A stretch of 32,000 bases of DNA from Candidatus Jettenia sp. (GCA_021650895.1 CP091278.1:323736-355735), one strand, 5' to 3'; positions 1 to 9,980 are shown, counted from the stretch's first letter. The notes: generated from the letters alone by a model not told the origin. Program-made: numbers and translations.

Positions 1-27
1 TTGTCCTGGCACGTATTCAAAGGGGAA

Positions 28-45
28 GCAAGGCTAAAGCCTTGC
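28..45. repeat. Family-B hairpin unit GCAAGGCT-NN-AGCCTTGC, copy 1 of 5
   Basis: Perfect 8-bp stem with a 2-nt loop, read directly. The same 18-mer recurs at 730-747, 2944-2961, 5162-5179 and 5242-5259. Confidence 0.8.
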
Positions 46-269
46 TCTAATGCTCCTGAGAGTGCCCAATGTCAGAGGGGTGAGGTCTCCTTCAGGGAAA
101 ACGTTTTCCGCCCTGTAACCGATCGTAACTGCGGTACTGTGAGGGTGTGGTGGCGAGCAACGAGAGGTGAAAAGCTATAGTATGCAAGAGATGAAACCGA
201 ACAGGATATGGAGGGAGTTAAGGCTTTTGTTATATGCAGGTGTATTGGATGTACGGAACTCTTAACCAT

Positions 270-363
270 GTCATTGCGAGGGTCTTTTCCGAAGCAATCT
301 TTTTTTTAGAATGCCAGATCCAATAGTTTATGAGATTGCTTCGGAAAAGACCCTCGCAATGAC
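270..363. repeat. Family-A long inverted repeat (GTCATTGCGAGG..CCGAAGCAATC / GATTGCTTCGG..CCTCGCAATGAC), copy 1 of 3
   Basis: The 31-nt arms 270-300 and 333-363 are perfect reverse complements around a 32-nt loop. Related copies lie at 5019-5119 and 31069-31150. Confidence 0.85.
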
Positions 364-729
364 AGGCTAGGTAGTTTTTCGTCAGTTAAGGATATATTCG
401 GTTTCACCCTTTGGATACTATAGTCCGTAGAATAACGAACTCGATTCGGCCTGTTGTGTTGACGAGCCTGCCAGGGAATGGCGATGCCCGGACCTTTTAT
501 TCATCCCTTGAGATATCGTGCCATAATTCTTTTAACCAGGATCGCTATACTTAATGTTATTGTGTAAAAGCTATGAGTTACTGCATGATAAAAATTATAA
601 CACAACCTCTCAAGAAAAGGGAAGTTTACTCAGTAAATTACTGAAGACCGTATTTGATGTACAGAAATTTCAATTATATAGAGCAACTCTTCAGGGTTGC
701 AATCTCCGTGTATGTTTCTCTCGAAAGGA

Positions 730-747
730 GCAAGGCTAAAGCCTTAC
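730..747. repeat. Family-B hairpin unit, copy 2 (one stem mismatch)
   Basis: GCAAGGCTAAAGCCTTAC; same unit as 28-45. Confidence 0.7.
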
Positions 748-819
748 CCTCCTATCAAAGACAGCTTAATTTATTAAAATCTCTGATGAAAATTATAATA
801 CATACGAGAAAGTACTGAA

Positions 820-2928
820 ATGGCGACCCAGTGGAAGAAGTCAGTATGCCCGTATTGTGGTATAGGGTGCGGGTTAATGGTAGGTATTGAAGAGGGAAAG
901 GTCGTTAACATCCATGGGATGAAGGAGCATCCTGTTAACCATGGCGGATCCTGCACACTTGTGTATAATTTCTCGCCTCTCTTTACTGACAGGGATAGAT
1001 TGACACAGCCTATGATTCGCCGTAACGGTACCTTACTGCCCGTTACGTGGGATGATGCCATTATGCATGTTGCCAATGAATTTTATCGTATTATTCGGGA
1101 ATACGGACCAGGTGCAATTGCTTTCTACGGTGGAGCTGCTGCTTTTAATGAAGAATACTATCTCATAAATAAACTCATGAAGGGATATATCGGCACAAAT
1201 AATGTGGAGTGTACCTCCCGCTTATGCATGGCAAGTACCGCAATGGGATTTATTTCTACCTTCGGCGCTAATGCCCCGCCTACCTGTTATGCCGACATCG
1301 AAGAGGCAGACCTGTTTCTTATTGCCGGCATGAATATGGCAGTATCATTGCCTGTTATATTCAACCGTGTGTGCGCTACGAGGAAGACCAAAGGCGCCAG
1401 GACTATTGTTATTGATCCCCGGAAAACAGAAACTGCTGCCATTGCAGATATCCATCTTCAAATCAGGCCTGGCACTGATGTTGCTCTTAATAACGCACTG
1501 GCCTATATTCTTCTTGAAGAAGGTTTTGTACATGAAGAGGAGGTTGCACACTATACCACCGGGCTTGATGATTTAAAATTGGTATTAAAAGAATATTCAC
1601 CATCGCGCGTCGCCAGGATTACGGGTTGTACACAAGAGCAGATCTTCAAGGCTGCGCATCTCATCGGCCATGCGAAAGCAATGCTAACCTTTTGGCTGCA
1701 AGGTTACAACCAGTCAACCCAGGCGGTCTTCAAAAATAATACGTTACACAACTTGTCATTATTGACAGGGAATTTTTGTCGTCCCGGGGCTGGTCCATTA
1801 TCTATTGCGGGCGAGTCAAATAGTTTGGGCAGCCGGTGGATTGGCGTACAGTCGCACCTTTTACCTGGCATGCGTTTTGTTACCAATCCTGCGCATCGGC
1901 AAGAGATCGCTGATTTTTGGGGTATTCCGATTGAAAAAATTCAATCCATGCCCGGTCGTTCGATTATCGATATTATCAAGGGACTCCATACGGGCGAAGT
2001 CCGTGCATTATGGGTTATGTCTTCCAATCCTGCAGCTTCTCTTCCTTATACCCAATGGGTAACTGAAGGACTTAAGAAGGCAGAGTTTCTGGTCGTTCAG
2101 GATATACTTCATCCTACAGAAACAACCGTACTGGCAGACGTGATTCTTGCTGGTGCCCAATGGTCCGAAAAGACCGTTACCCTTATCTCTTCTGAGCGGC
2201 GTATCGAACTGGCAGAAAAGATCCTCGATCCACCGGGAATGGCAAAGCCTGACTATGAGATCATTTGCCTCATCGCAAGGGCTATGGGGTTCAGTGAGGA
2301 ATTTTCTTATACTTCGGGTGAGGAGGTGTTTGAAGAATTGAAGGAGATTACCCGCGGACGTATCTGTGATATGAATGGTGTGAGCTACGAGCGACTCCGG
2401 AATACGATGGGTCTGCAGTTGCCCTGTCCCAAAGCGGATCATCCGGGTACGGCAAGGTTGTTTTCTGACATTCGGTTTCCGAGGCCGGACGGTCGTGCTG
2501 CGCTGCTTGCCCGGGATTATAGAGAACTAGCCGAAACGGCTGATGATGACTATCCCTTTATCCTTATCACTGGTCGCCTTGCTAGTCAATTCAATACCGG
2601 TACTCGTACCCGCCGCATTAAAAAGCTTATCGATATTGAACCAAATAATTTTGTGGAGATCCATTCCGCAGATGCTCAACGTCTCGGAATTATTGAAGGG
2701 GATGAGGTTGAAATGGCTTCACGACGGGGTAGTATTCGATGTATTGCCCATATTAAAGACCATGTACTCGAAGGTAATGTTTATATGAATTTATGTTGTG
2801 GTAATTCATTTTTGACCGAAAATGATAAACAGGTCAATTTTGTTTGCAATACGGTTTACGATGCTCATTCCAAACAGCCTGAGCTGAAGTGCTGCGCCGT
2901 TAAGATAACGAAAGTTGCATCAATATGA
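820..2928 (+). CDS. Molybdopterin (bis-MGD) oxidoreductase, assimilatory nitrate reductase NasA/NarB-like
   Basis: 702-aa ORF. N-terminal 4Fe-4S motif CPYCGIGCG..x27..C. Colinear with Mo-bisPGD enzymes. C-terminal ..DAHSKQPELKCCAVKI resembles the nitrate/formate-reductase family tail. Confidence 0.8.
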   Translation: MATQWKKSVCPYCGIGCGLMVGIEEGKVVNIHGMKEHPVNHGGSCTLVYNFSPLFTDRDRLTQPMIRRNGTLLPVTWDDAIMHVANEFYRIIREYGPGAIAFYGGAAAFNEEYYLINKLMKGYIGTNNVECTSRLCMASTAMGFISTFGANAPPTCYADIEEADLFLIAGMNMAVSLPVIFNRVCATRKTKGARTIVIDPRKTETAAIADIHLQIRPGTDVALNNALAYILLEEGFVHEEEVAHYTTGLDDLKLVLKEYSPSRVARITGCTQEQIFKAAHLIGHAKAMLTFWLQGYNQSTQAVFKNNTLHNLSLLTGNFCRPGAGPLSIAGESNSLGSRWIGVQSHLLPGMRFVTNPAHRQEIADFWGIPIEKIQSMPGRSIIDIIKGLHTGEVRALWVMSSNPAASLPYTQWVTEGLKKAEFLVVQDILHPTETTVLADVILAGAQWSEKTVTLISSERRIELAEKILDPPGMAKPDYEIICLIARAMGFSEEFSYTSGEEVFEELKEITRGRICDMNGVSYERLRNTMGLQLPCPKADHPGTARLFSDIRFPRPDGRAALLARDYRELAETADDDYPFILITGRLASQFNTGTRTRRIKKLIDIEPNNFVEIHSADAQRLGIIEGDEVEMASRRGSIRCIAHIKDHVLEGNVYMNLCCGNSFLTENDKQVNFVCNTVYDAHSKQPELKCCAVKITKVASI

Positions 2929-2943
2929 ACTATACAAAGTAGG

Positions 2944-2961
2944 GCAAGGCTTCAGCCTTGC
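2944..2961. repeat. Family-B hairpin unit, copy 3
   Basis: GCAAGGCTTCAGCCTTGC, 16 nt after the stop codon at 2926-2928. No U-tract follows, so it is not a clean intrinsic terminator. Confidence 0.75.
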
Positions 2962-3049
2962 AAATAAGTCCAAATACCTAATTCCTTTAGCATAGGATAA
3001 TGGCTCTTAATAACCCTATTGGCAAACCGAAAGATTTGCCCTATCGTAT

Positions 3050-3214
3050 CAATGTCATTAAGTTAAGGATTATTTTAGCTAAACAACCCCCTATGTCCCC
3101 CTTTGTTAAGGGGGATTTGATGGTTTGTTCCCCCTTACTAAAGGGGGATTCAGAGGGTTGTTTTTCCTTTGGTGATAGGGAGTTTTACGGCAGATTCTTA
3201 ACTTAATGACATTG
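3050..3214. mobile_element. 165-bp MITE-like non-autonomous element with a target-site duplication
   Basis: Perfect 18-bp terminal inverted repeats: CAATGTCATTAAGTTAAG (3050-3067) and its reverse complement (3197-3214). Flanked by a 10-bp direct repeat CCTATCGTAT (3040-3049 and 3215-3224). The interior holds nested CCCCC..GGGGG hairpins and no credible ORF. Confidence 0.8.
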
Positions 3215-3262
3215 CCTATCGTATGGGAACTGAAGGGTAAAAATTCATACGGTGGAAATTTC

Positions 3263-4903
3263 ATGATTGGACAAGATAAAAAAAAGAACAGAGAGCTTAC
3301 TCAGCATACAATTAAATTTTTTGAGAAGCTGCTGCGGGCATCAAGTGATGGAATTGTGATTACCGATGCAGCACATAATATCATTATTGTCAATGAGGCG
3401 TTCTGTGATTTCTTTGGACGGCAACATCGTGAGGTCATCGAAACAGATCTGTTCTTTTGGTTAGAACAACTTGGTACCAGTAGTCTCAAACGCTGGGCTG
3501 AAATGGAGAGCCGGGTCCATAGTGAAGGCTTATGTCATGATACAGAATTTACCCTGATGACACACGAGGGGATAAAACACTTAAGCGTCAATGCCTCTCT
3601 TATGGAGAAAGTTGGCACCGAAGAATCTGGTACTATAATTAGTATCTGGCGGGATATTACAAAACAAAAGCGAATTGAAGAAGAGCTGAAAATCCTCAAC
3701 AAATCTCTGGAGCAACGGGTAGCAGAAAAGACACTGGCGCTGATAGAATCAAACAAAGAACTTCGTGTGAAAATTGCAGAGCAGAGATTGTCTGAAGAAG
3801 CACTGCGTACGAGTGAGAGCAAGTATCGGTTGCTTCTGGAGAATCTTCCCCAAAGAATCTTTTATAAAAATAAAGATTCAATGTATATATCCTGTAATGA
3901 GAATTATGCAGGGGATATGTGTATCAAACCGGATGAGATTCAGGGAAAGACAGATTATGATTTCTTTCCGAAGGCACTTGCTGAAAAATACCGGGCAGAT
4001 GACAAGAGAATTATGGAATCAGGGAAAGCTGAGGAGATTGAGGAAAAATACGTCAAAGATGGGCAGGAATATATTATACATACCGTGAAAACTCCTATGA
4101 AAGATGAAAAGGGCACTATCATCGGTATATTGGGTATTTTCTGGGATATCACGGAAAAGATAGCTATGGAGAAGGAGGCTATACGCTCCAGACACCTGGT
4201 ATCATTGGGTGAACTGGCGGCAAGTGTTGCTCACGAAGTGAATAATCCTATAACTGGTGTTATCAACTACGCCCAGATACTGTGTAATAAAAGCACTGAG
4301 GGAAGCAAGGAAAAAGATATAGCGAACCGGATTATCAGGGAAGGCGACCGCATAGCAAGCATCGTTCAAAGCCTTCTTTCTTTTGCCAGGATCAGTGATA
4401 AAAAAGAGAAAAAGAGTATTATCAGTGTTCATGAAATATTATCTGACACCCTTATCCTGACAAAGGCGCAGTTGCGGCAAGAGGGTATCAGAATAAAATT
4501 AGATATCCCTCAAAGATTACCCGAAATAGTTGCAGACCCCCAACAAATACAGCAGGTATTTTTGAATGCTATAAGTAATGCACGATATGCCTTAAATCAA
4601 AAATATCCGGAGACACATGATAACAAAATCCTCGAGGTCTTAGGTGAAGAGATGACTATAGATAATCAACAATGTGTAAAAATCACCTTCTATGATCATG
4701 GTACGGGTATACCTGCTGAGATACGAGACAAGATAATGGATCCGTTTTTTACCACAAAGCCCCGTGGCAAGGGAACAGGTTTGGGATTAAGCATTAGTCA
4801 GAGTATTATACAAGATCATCATGGTAAACTTACCATCGAGAGTATTGAAGGTGAGTTTACCAAAGTTGCAATTATTTTTCCGGTAATGGCGAAAACCGGG
4901 TAA
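3263..4903 (+). CDS. Sensor histidine kinase with two PAS domains, a coiled coil, HisKA and HATPase_c
   Basis: H-box [10 protein letters not shown]-box [12 protein letters not shown]-boxes DHGTGIP and GTGLGLS. The ORF opens at 3206, but that ATG lies inside the MITE terminal repeat. ATG 3263 has a GGTGGA Shine-Dalgarno sequence 7 nt upstream. Confidence 0.85.
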   Translation: MIGQDKKKNRELTQHTIKFFEKLLRASSDGIVITDAAHNIIIVNEAFCDFFGRQHREVIETDLFFWLEQLGTSSLKRWAEMESRVHSEGLCHDTEFTLMTHEGIKHLSVNASLMEKVGTEESGTIISIWRDITKQKRIEEELKILNKSLEQRVAEKTLALIESNKELRVKIAEQRLSEEALRTSESKYRLLLENLPQRIFYKNKDSMYISCNENYAGDMCIKPDEIQGKTDYDFFPKALAEKYRADDKRIMESGKAEEIEEKYVKDGQEYIIHTVKTPMKDEKGTIIGILGIFWDITEKIAMEKEAIRSRHLVSLGELAASVAHEVNNPITGVINYAQILCNKSTEGSKEKDIANRIIREGDRIASIVQSLLSFARISDKKEKKSIISVHEILSDTLILTKAQLRQEGIRIKLDIPQRLPEIVADPQQIQQVFLNAISNARYALNQKYPETHDNKILEVLGEEMTIDNQQCVKITFYDHGTGIPAEIRDKIMDPFFTTKPRGKGTGLGLSISQSIIQDHHGKLTIESIEGEFTKVAIIFPVMAKTG

Positions 4904-5018
4904 CTACCTAAATACGGTATAAAACTATTCCACTGTCAAGATAATTCATGATACTACGACTGGCTCAATCTTTCACGATTGAATCGAGACGTTGAGCATT
5001 TCTCTCAGATATTATCTT

Positions 5019-5119
5019 GTCATTGCGAGGGTATTGTCCGAAGCAATCTCTTGAATAGTTCAGAAGAGATTGCTTCGGGAAAAAAACCCCTCGCAAGGGA
5101 AAAAACCCCTCGCAATGAC
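5019..5119. repeat. Family-A inverted repeat, copy 2 (right arm carries an internal duplication)
   Basis: GTCATTGCGAGGGTATTGTCCGAAGCAATC ... GATTGCTTCGGG(AAAAAACCCCTCGCAA)x2 TGAC. Confidence 0.8.
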
Positions 5120-5161
5120 AAATACGAGAAAGCCTATTGTGGTATATCCTGATTGCTCCCG

Positions 5162-5179
5162 GCAAGGCTAAAGCCTTGC
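5162..5179. repeat. Family-B hairpin unit, copy 4
   Basis: GCAAGGCTAAAGCCTTGC followed by a CCTACG flank. Confidence 0.8.
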
Positions 5180-5241
5180 CCTACGTCTTAATTATTAAGG
5201 CTATACGCCCCCGGCAGGGATATAGCCGATGTAGATGTAGG

Positions 5242-5259
5242 GCAAGGCTTTAGCCTTGC
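5242..5259. repeat. Family-B hairpin unit, copy 5 (opposite orientation to copy 4, judged by the flanks)
   Basis: GTAGG-GCAAGGCTTTAGCCTTGC. Confidence 0.8.
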
Positions 5260-5641
5260 ATACCCCCGCTTGAATACCCGCACAGGGATAAGCACCTCTA
5301 AAGGGTTGTCCTGCAATCCAACGATTCCAGGCAAGAATTTTAAGAGATTCTTTAAGTATCTTAGTTATATCATATTATGATAGTTTTGATTTGATTATGG
5401 AGTAGTTTGTGTTATTATAAGGGAACTTAATCAAGTTGGCACTTGTTCTACCACCATAGAAATGATTATGTTAGAAATATTTAGGGTATAAAAAAGTAAA
5501 TAAATAGTGTATAATTAATACCAATAGTGAATAATTTTTATTTGATTTACTGGAGAAGGAAATGGTTAATTTTAAAATTTCTATGATAGAGATCAGGCAT
5601 CAAACTTACCTTCAAAGGTTTTTAGAAGGGAGGGGGATGAT

Positions 5642-7345
5642 ATGAAGGCTAAAATTCTTATTATCGATGACGAAGAAAACATCAGATTTACCTTTGAGAG
5701 TTTTCTTTCGGATGAGGGGTATGATGTAAAAACAGCCAGCAATTACCATGAGGCAATAAACTCGATTAGTACCTCTGATTTTGATTTAATTTTTGCTGAT
5801 ATTATCCTGGAAGGTAAAACCGGCATCGACATTCTAAAAAAAGTTAAGGAAAAAAAACTTGCATGTCCGGTTGTTATGATTACCGGGGCTCCTAATATCG
5901 AAACATCCTTAGATGCGCTGAGATTAGGTGCCTTTGACTATATTCTCAAACCGGTTCGGCAGGAAACACTCCTGCACGTTACCGAGAAGGCATTACAGCA
6001 CAAAGTATTGGTGGACGAAAAGGAACGATATCGATCAAACCTTGAGGCAATCTTTAGTAGTGTAAAAGATGCAATTGTTACCGTAGATAAGGAATTGGTT
6101 GTGCTTGAGGTTAACGAAGCAACAAAAGGTATGTGCAATTTATCCCGCAACGCAATTGGAAAGTCCTTCGCTTCTTTTCCGAAATATTGTAATGAAGAGT
6201 GTCTCCATGCACTTGAGAAAACCATTCAAACAAAACAACCGGTAGAAATATATCGCCTGGAGTGTAAACATGAGCTTCGTCCACACCAGGTGGTAAATGT
6301 TACGACATATCCTCTCCTGTACAATAAAAGTATATTTGCCGGGGCGGTGCTGGTAATAAGAGATGAGACGCATCTGGTAGATCTTGAGCGGGATATGAAG
6401 GAACGTCAACAGTTACATAATATCGTGGGCAAGAGTGATAAAATGCAAACGATTTATTCCCTCATAGAAAACTTATCGGATGTTCAGACAACCGTCCTCA
6501 TTACGGGAGAAAGCGGAACCGGCAAGGAGTTAGTTGCTGAGGCACTCCATTATAAAGGGGGAAGGGATAAGAAGCCCTTTGTAAGGGTAAACTGTTCAGC
6601 CTTATCAGAGAATTTGCTTGAGAGTGAGCTTTTTGGACACGTGAAAGGCGCTTTTACCGGTGCTGTCAGCAATAGAGTTGGCAGGTTCGAAAAGGCAAAT
6701 GGTGGAACCATTTTTTTAGATGAAATAGGAGACATATCACCCCGGACGCAATTACAGCTCTTGAGAGTATTACAGGAAAGAGAGTTTGAAAAAGTTGGCG
6801 ATTCAACTCCCATTAAAGTGGATGTTCGCGTTATTGCTGCTACGAACCAGAACCTGAAGGAAAAAATTGAGCACGGAGAATTCCGGAAAGATCTTTACTA
6901 CCGTCTCAAGGTTGTTGAAATAGTCTTGCCACCATTAAGAGACCGGAGGGAAGATATACCGCTCCTGGTAAATTTCTTTTTAAATAAGTTCAATAAAAAG
7001 TTAAATAAAGAGATTACCGGTATTTCTTCCGATGTTCAAAAGATATTTATGGAATATCAATGGCCTGGCAATGTCAGAGAGCTGGAACATATCATAGAAC
7101 ATGCCTTTGTCCTTTGCCACCAGGATACCATAACCGTTAATCATCTTCCGCCTGATTTAAAGGAATTTCTCGGGCAAAAAATCTCTTTCCTTGGAGATAT
7201 GAAAGTTGATGAACCAAAGGCAATTCTTCAGGCGCTAAAAAAGACCTCATGGAATAAGGTCATGGCTGCTCATCTGCTCGGTATGAGCCGAAGAACCATT
7301 TATCGGAAAATCCATAATTACAAGATAAAGATGAAGGACTCATAG
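5642..7345 (+). CDS. Sigma-54-dependent response regulator (REC-PAS-AAA+ EBP-Fis HTH), paralog 1
   Basis: REC domain with a DDEE acidic pocket and acceptor Asp in LIFAD. Walker A GESGTGKE, GAFTGA loop, C-terminal HTH ..GMSRRTIYRKI. Shine-Dalgarno GGGAGGGGG upstream. Confidence 0.9.
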   Translation: MKAKILIIDDEENIRFTFESFLSDEGYDVKTASNYHEAINSISTSDFDLIFADIILEGKTGIDILKKVKEKKLACPVVMITGAPNIETSLDALRLGAFDYILKPVRQETLLHVTEKALQHKVLVDEKERYRSNLEAIFSSVKDAIVTVDKELVVLEVNEATKGMCNLSRNAIGKSFASFPKYCNEECLHALEKTIQTKQPVEIYRLECKHELRPHQVVNVTTYPLLYNKSIFAGAVLVIRDETHLVDLERDMKERQQLHNIVGKSDKMQTIYSLIENLSDVQTTVLITGESGTGKELVAEALHYKGGRDKKPFVRVNCSALSENLLESELFGHVKGAFTGAVSNRVGRFEKANGGTIFLDEIGDISPRTQLQLLRVLQEREFEKVGDSTPIKVDVRVIAATNQNLKEKIEHGEFRKDLYYRLKVVEIVLPPLRDRREDIPLLVNFFLNKFNKKLNKEITGISSDVQKIFMEYQWPGNVRELEHIIEHAFVLCHQDTITVNHLPPDLKEFLGQKISFLGDMKVDEPKAILQALKKTSWNKVMAAHLLGMSRRTIYRKIHNYKIKMKDS

Positions 7346-7660
7346 TATAAAAGTTATCTCCATCGAAAATGAGATGTGAGAGTATCCATTCCTCAGGAAA
7401 CATGGTCTTATGTAATACCGTTACTGCCAGAACGTTGCTTCTTTTCCTACGAAATTCTTTATTCAGCATGGACAAACCTTCCCGCTTAAAGCCTAATGGT
7501 ATAAGGTTTGTTCATGCCACCTCAAAGAACAAAGCATATAGGTAATGATGGGCTTGACACCGAATCGATAAGCTGATCAAAATCTTTACCTGTCTGACAT
7601 TCGAGTTTTGGATTTGCATAATCTACGATAGTCCTCCATGTCACTCCCGAATGCCCCTGT

Positions 7661-7689
7661 GCGGGTTCAGGTTTATAACCTGAACCCGC
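7661..7689. repeat. Hairpin GCGGGTTCAGGTT-TAT-AACCTGAACCCGC
   Basis: 13-bp perfect stem. It shares the GAACCCGCAA tail with the hairpin at 7758-7782. Confidence 0.7.
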
Positions 7690-7757
7690 AATTTGGAATA
7701 CTTTCTTATGTGTTTAACCATGAAAACGCTGTGAGCTATCGACCATGCAAAATATAG

Positions 7758-7782
7758 GGGTTCAATTTACAAAATTGAACCC
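7758..7782. repeat. Hairpin GGGTTCAATTT-ACA-AAATTGAACCC
   Basis: 11-bp perfect stem, followed by GCAA as in the hairpin at 7661-7689. Confidence 0.7.
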
Positions 7783-7850
7783 GCAAGGGTGTGAGATATT
7801 AAGCAAATAACATTCCCTGGTTTACCTCTTTCCCATGAGTTGTATCGTTT

Positions 7851-7865
7851 TGTGCCATGTCACAT
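7851..7865 (+). promoter_or_regulatory. Candidate operator-like motif TGTGCCATGTCACAT
   Basis: Near-palindromic 14-mer TGTGnCA/TGnCACA. Two more copies lie at 9981-9994 and 10015-10028. Confidence 0.3.
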
Positions 7866-8244
7866 TCTCGCAATGACACATCTTTGTGACGTGGCACGTT
7901 TTTTCAACGTATCATACGAACTATTCCATTGCGTGCCAATTTAATTCGATTAAATTTCAATTATACCAGCAATAAAGTAGTTCTTTGGACAAAAAAGACC
8001 CAGGGAGCATTACTGATCTCATATGAGAGTCTGTGGAGAGGGAATGTTTTCCGCGTATAATTTTCAAAATAAGAGAATTTACAGGCATTCCACAATAAAA
8101 ATTTAATTATTCTTTATTCCTTATACAACATTGGCACAATTTTTTCTATATAAGCTGTGTAGAAAAAGTAAAAGTATCTTTTGTTGAAGAGCATAAGGTA
8201 AATTACTCAAAAGCTATAGTTTGTTTTAATCTTAGGGAGGATTA

Positions 8245-9948
8245 ATGAAGGCAAAAATTCTTGTAATCGATGACGAAGAAAGTATTCGTTTTACCTTTGA
8301 AAGATTCCTTCAGGATGAGGGGTATGAGGTAATTGCTGTCAAAGATTATAATGAAGCTTTACTAAAGGTATCGGAGTCGAATTTTGATTTAATATTTGCA
8401 GATGTTATCCTGGAGAATAATACGGGGATTGATTTCCTGAGAGAAATCAGAAAGAAAAGCTTTAATTCTCCCGTTGTTATGATAACGGGAAGCCCCAATA
8501 TCGAGACTGCATCCGATGCCCTTAGGTTGGGTGCTTTTGATTATATTCCAAAGCCTGTGCGCCAGGAAACCTTGTTGCGTATTACCAAAATAGCATTGCA
8601 GCACAAGGAGTTAGTCGATGAAAAGGAGAAGTACCGGTCAAATTTAGAGGCCATTTTCAGCAGTGTTAAAGACGCAATTATTACGGTAGATAAGGAACTG
8701 CTTGTACTTGAGATTAATGAAGCGGCAAAAGGCATCTGTAATTTATCACGGGATGCTATCGGTCAGCCGTTAGGCTCCATATCAAAATTCTGCAACGGAC
8801 AGTGTCTCAATGCGCTTGAGGAAACGATTAAGGAAAAGCAGCCGGTAGAAATATATCGTTTAGAATGCAAACATAAATTCCATTCGCAACAGGTTGTGAA
8901 CGTTACCACCTATCCGCTCCTGGACAATAAAGGCGTGTTTTCCGGGGCAATATTAGTGGTGCGGGATGAGACACATCTGGCAGACCTTGAGCGGGATATG
9001 AAAGAGCGTCAACAATTTCATAATATCATAGGAAAAAGTGAAAAGATGCAGTTGATTTACTCTCTGATGGAAAATCTGGCAGATGTGCAGACAACAGTTC
9101 TGGTTACCGGAGAAAGTGGAACAGGCAAGGAGTTGGTTGCTGAGGCGCTCCATTATAAAGGTGAACGTAATAATAAGCCTTTTGTTAAGGTAAACTGTTC
9201 AGCTTTATCAGAGAACTTGCTTGAGAGTGAGCTTTTTGGACACGTGAAAGGCGCTTTTACCGGCGCTGTTCAGGATAGGATCGGCAGGTTTCAAAAGGCA
9301 AATAGCGGAACTATCTTTTTAGATGAGATAGGAGACATATCACCCCGGATGCAATTACAGCTCTTAAGGGTATTGCAGGAAAGGGAATTTGAGAGGGTTG
9401 GAGACTCGACGCCTATCCGGGTGGATGTCCGGGTTGTTGCTGCTACCAATCAAAATTTAAAGGAAAAAATACGGCGCGGTGAGTTCCGTGAAGATCTGTA
9501 TTACCGTCTAAAGGTAGTGGAGGTGAATTTACCACCATTAAGAGACCGGAGGGAGGATATACCACTCTTGGTTAATCATTTCTTAAATAAGTTCAATAAG
9601 AAGTTAACGAAGGAAATTGTAGCAGTTTCTTCCGATGTTCAAAAGATATTCATGGAATATCAATGGCCTGGTAATATCAGGGAGCTGGAGCATACCCTTG
9701 AACATGCGTTTATTCTGTGTCGCCAAAAGACCATTACCGTTAATCACCTACCAAGTGCATTTAAAGACTTTGTTGGAACAAAGACATCCTTTCTGGAAGA
9801 TATGAAGATTGATGAGCCTCAGGCCATCCTTCAGGCATTGAAAAAAGCATCGTGGAATAAAGCAATGGCAGCCCGCTTATTAGGAATGAGCCGACGTACC
9901 ATCTACCGAAAAATTCATGATTACAAAATAAAAATACAGGACTTATAA
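8245..9948 (+). CDS. Sigma-54-dependent response regulator (REC-PAS-AAA+ EBP-Fis HTH), paralog 2
   Basis: Also 567 aa and gap-free colinear with the protein encoded at 5642-7345. Carries the same motifs. Shine-Dalgarno AGGGAGG. Confidence 0.9.
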   Translation: MKAKILVIDDEESIRFTFERFLQDEGYEVIAVKDYNEALLKVSESNFDLIFADVILENNTGIDFLREIRKKSFNSPVVMITGSPNIETASDALRLGAFDYIPKPVRQETLLRITKIALQHKELVDEKEKYRSNLEAIFSSVKDAIITVDKELLVLEINEAAKGICNLSRDAIGQPLGSISKFCNGQCLNALEETIKEKQPVEIYRLECKHKFHSQQVVNVTTYPLLDNKGVFSGAILVVRDETHLADLERDMKERQQFHNIIGKSEKMQLIYSLMENLADVQTTVLVTGESGTGKELVAEALHYKGERNNKPFVKVNCSALSENLLESELFGHVKGAFTGAVQDRIGRFQKANSGTIFLDEIGDISPRMQLQLLRVLQEREFERVGDSTPIRVDVRVVAATNQNLKEKIRRGEFREDLYYRLKVVEVNLPPLRDRREDIPLLVNHFLNKFNKKLTKEIVAVSSDVQKIFMEYQWPGNIRELEHTLEHAFILCRQKTITVNHLPSAFKDFVGTKTSFLEDMKIDEPQAILQALKKASWNKAMAARLLGMSRRTIYRKIHDYKIKIQDL

Positions 9949-9980
9949 CCATTCCTTAGTCTGTATCTTCCTCACGCATA

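Noticed and set aside
455-520. A GC-rich island (GAGCCTGCCAGGGAATGGCGATGCCCGGACC) upstream of the molybdoenzyme gene, considered as a Moco riboswitch
   Set aside because: I cannot reproduce the conserved Moco-motif helices from memory with confidence. It also lies 300 nt or more from the start codon, so the call is unsupported without a covariance-model scan.
774-2442. Minus-strand ORFs inside the molybdoenzyme gene (774-1076, 1345-1551, 1704-1886, 2008-2442)
   Set aside because: They are antisense to a strongly supported 702-aa coding sequence and have no motifs. The same reasoning applies to antisense or off-frame ORFs within the other long genes (for example 22262-22696 and 26361-26732).
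3000-3206. 68-aa ORF upstream of the kinase
   Set aside because: It lies almost entirely inside the MITE and translates its CCCCC/GGGGG hairpins (PFVKGD, PLLKGD). It has no Shine-Dalgarno.
5437-5452. TTGGCAC upstream of response regulator 1, considered as a sigma-54 -24 element
   Set aside because: With TGGCAC at 5437-5442, the -12 position reads CTAC and has no GC at the required spacing, so only half of the bipartite promoter is present.
7892-7907. GTGGCACGTTTTTTCAACG, considered as a sigma-54 promoter
   Set aside because: The -24 half (TGGCACG) is good, but the -12 half is TTCA with no GC dinucleotide.
8132-8147. TTGGCACAATTTTTTCT upstream of response regulator 2, considered as a sigma-54 promoter
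   Set aside because: The -12 element reads TTTC instead of TTGC, so the invariant G is missing. Too weak to call, though it would be worth including in a PWM scan.
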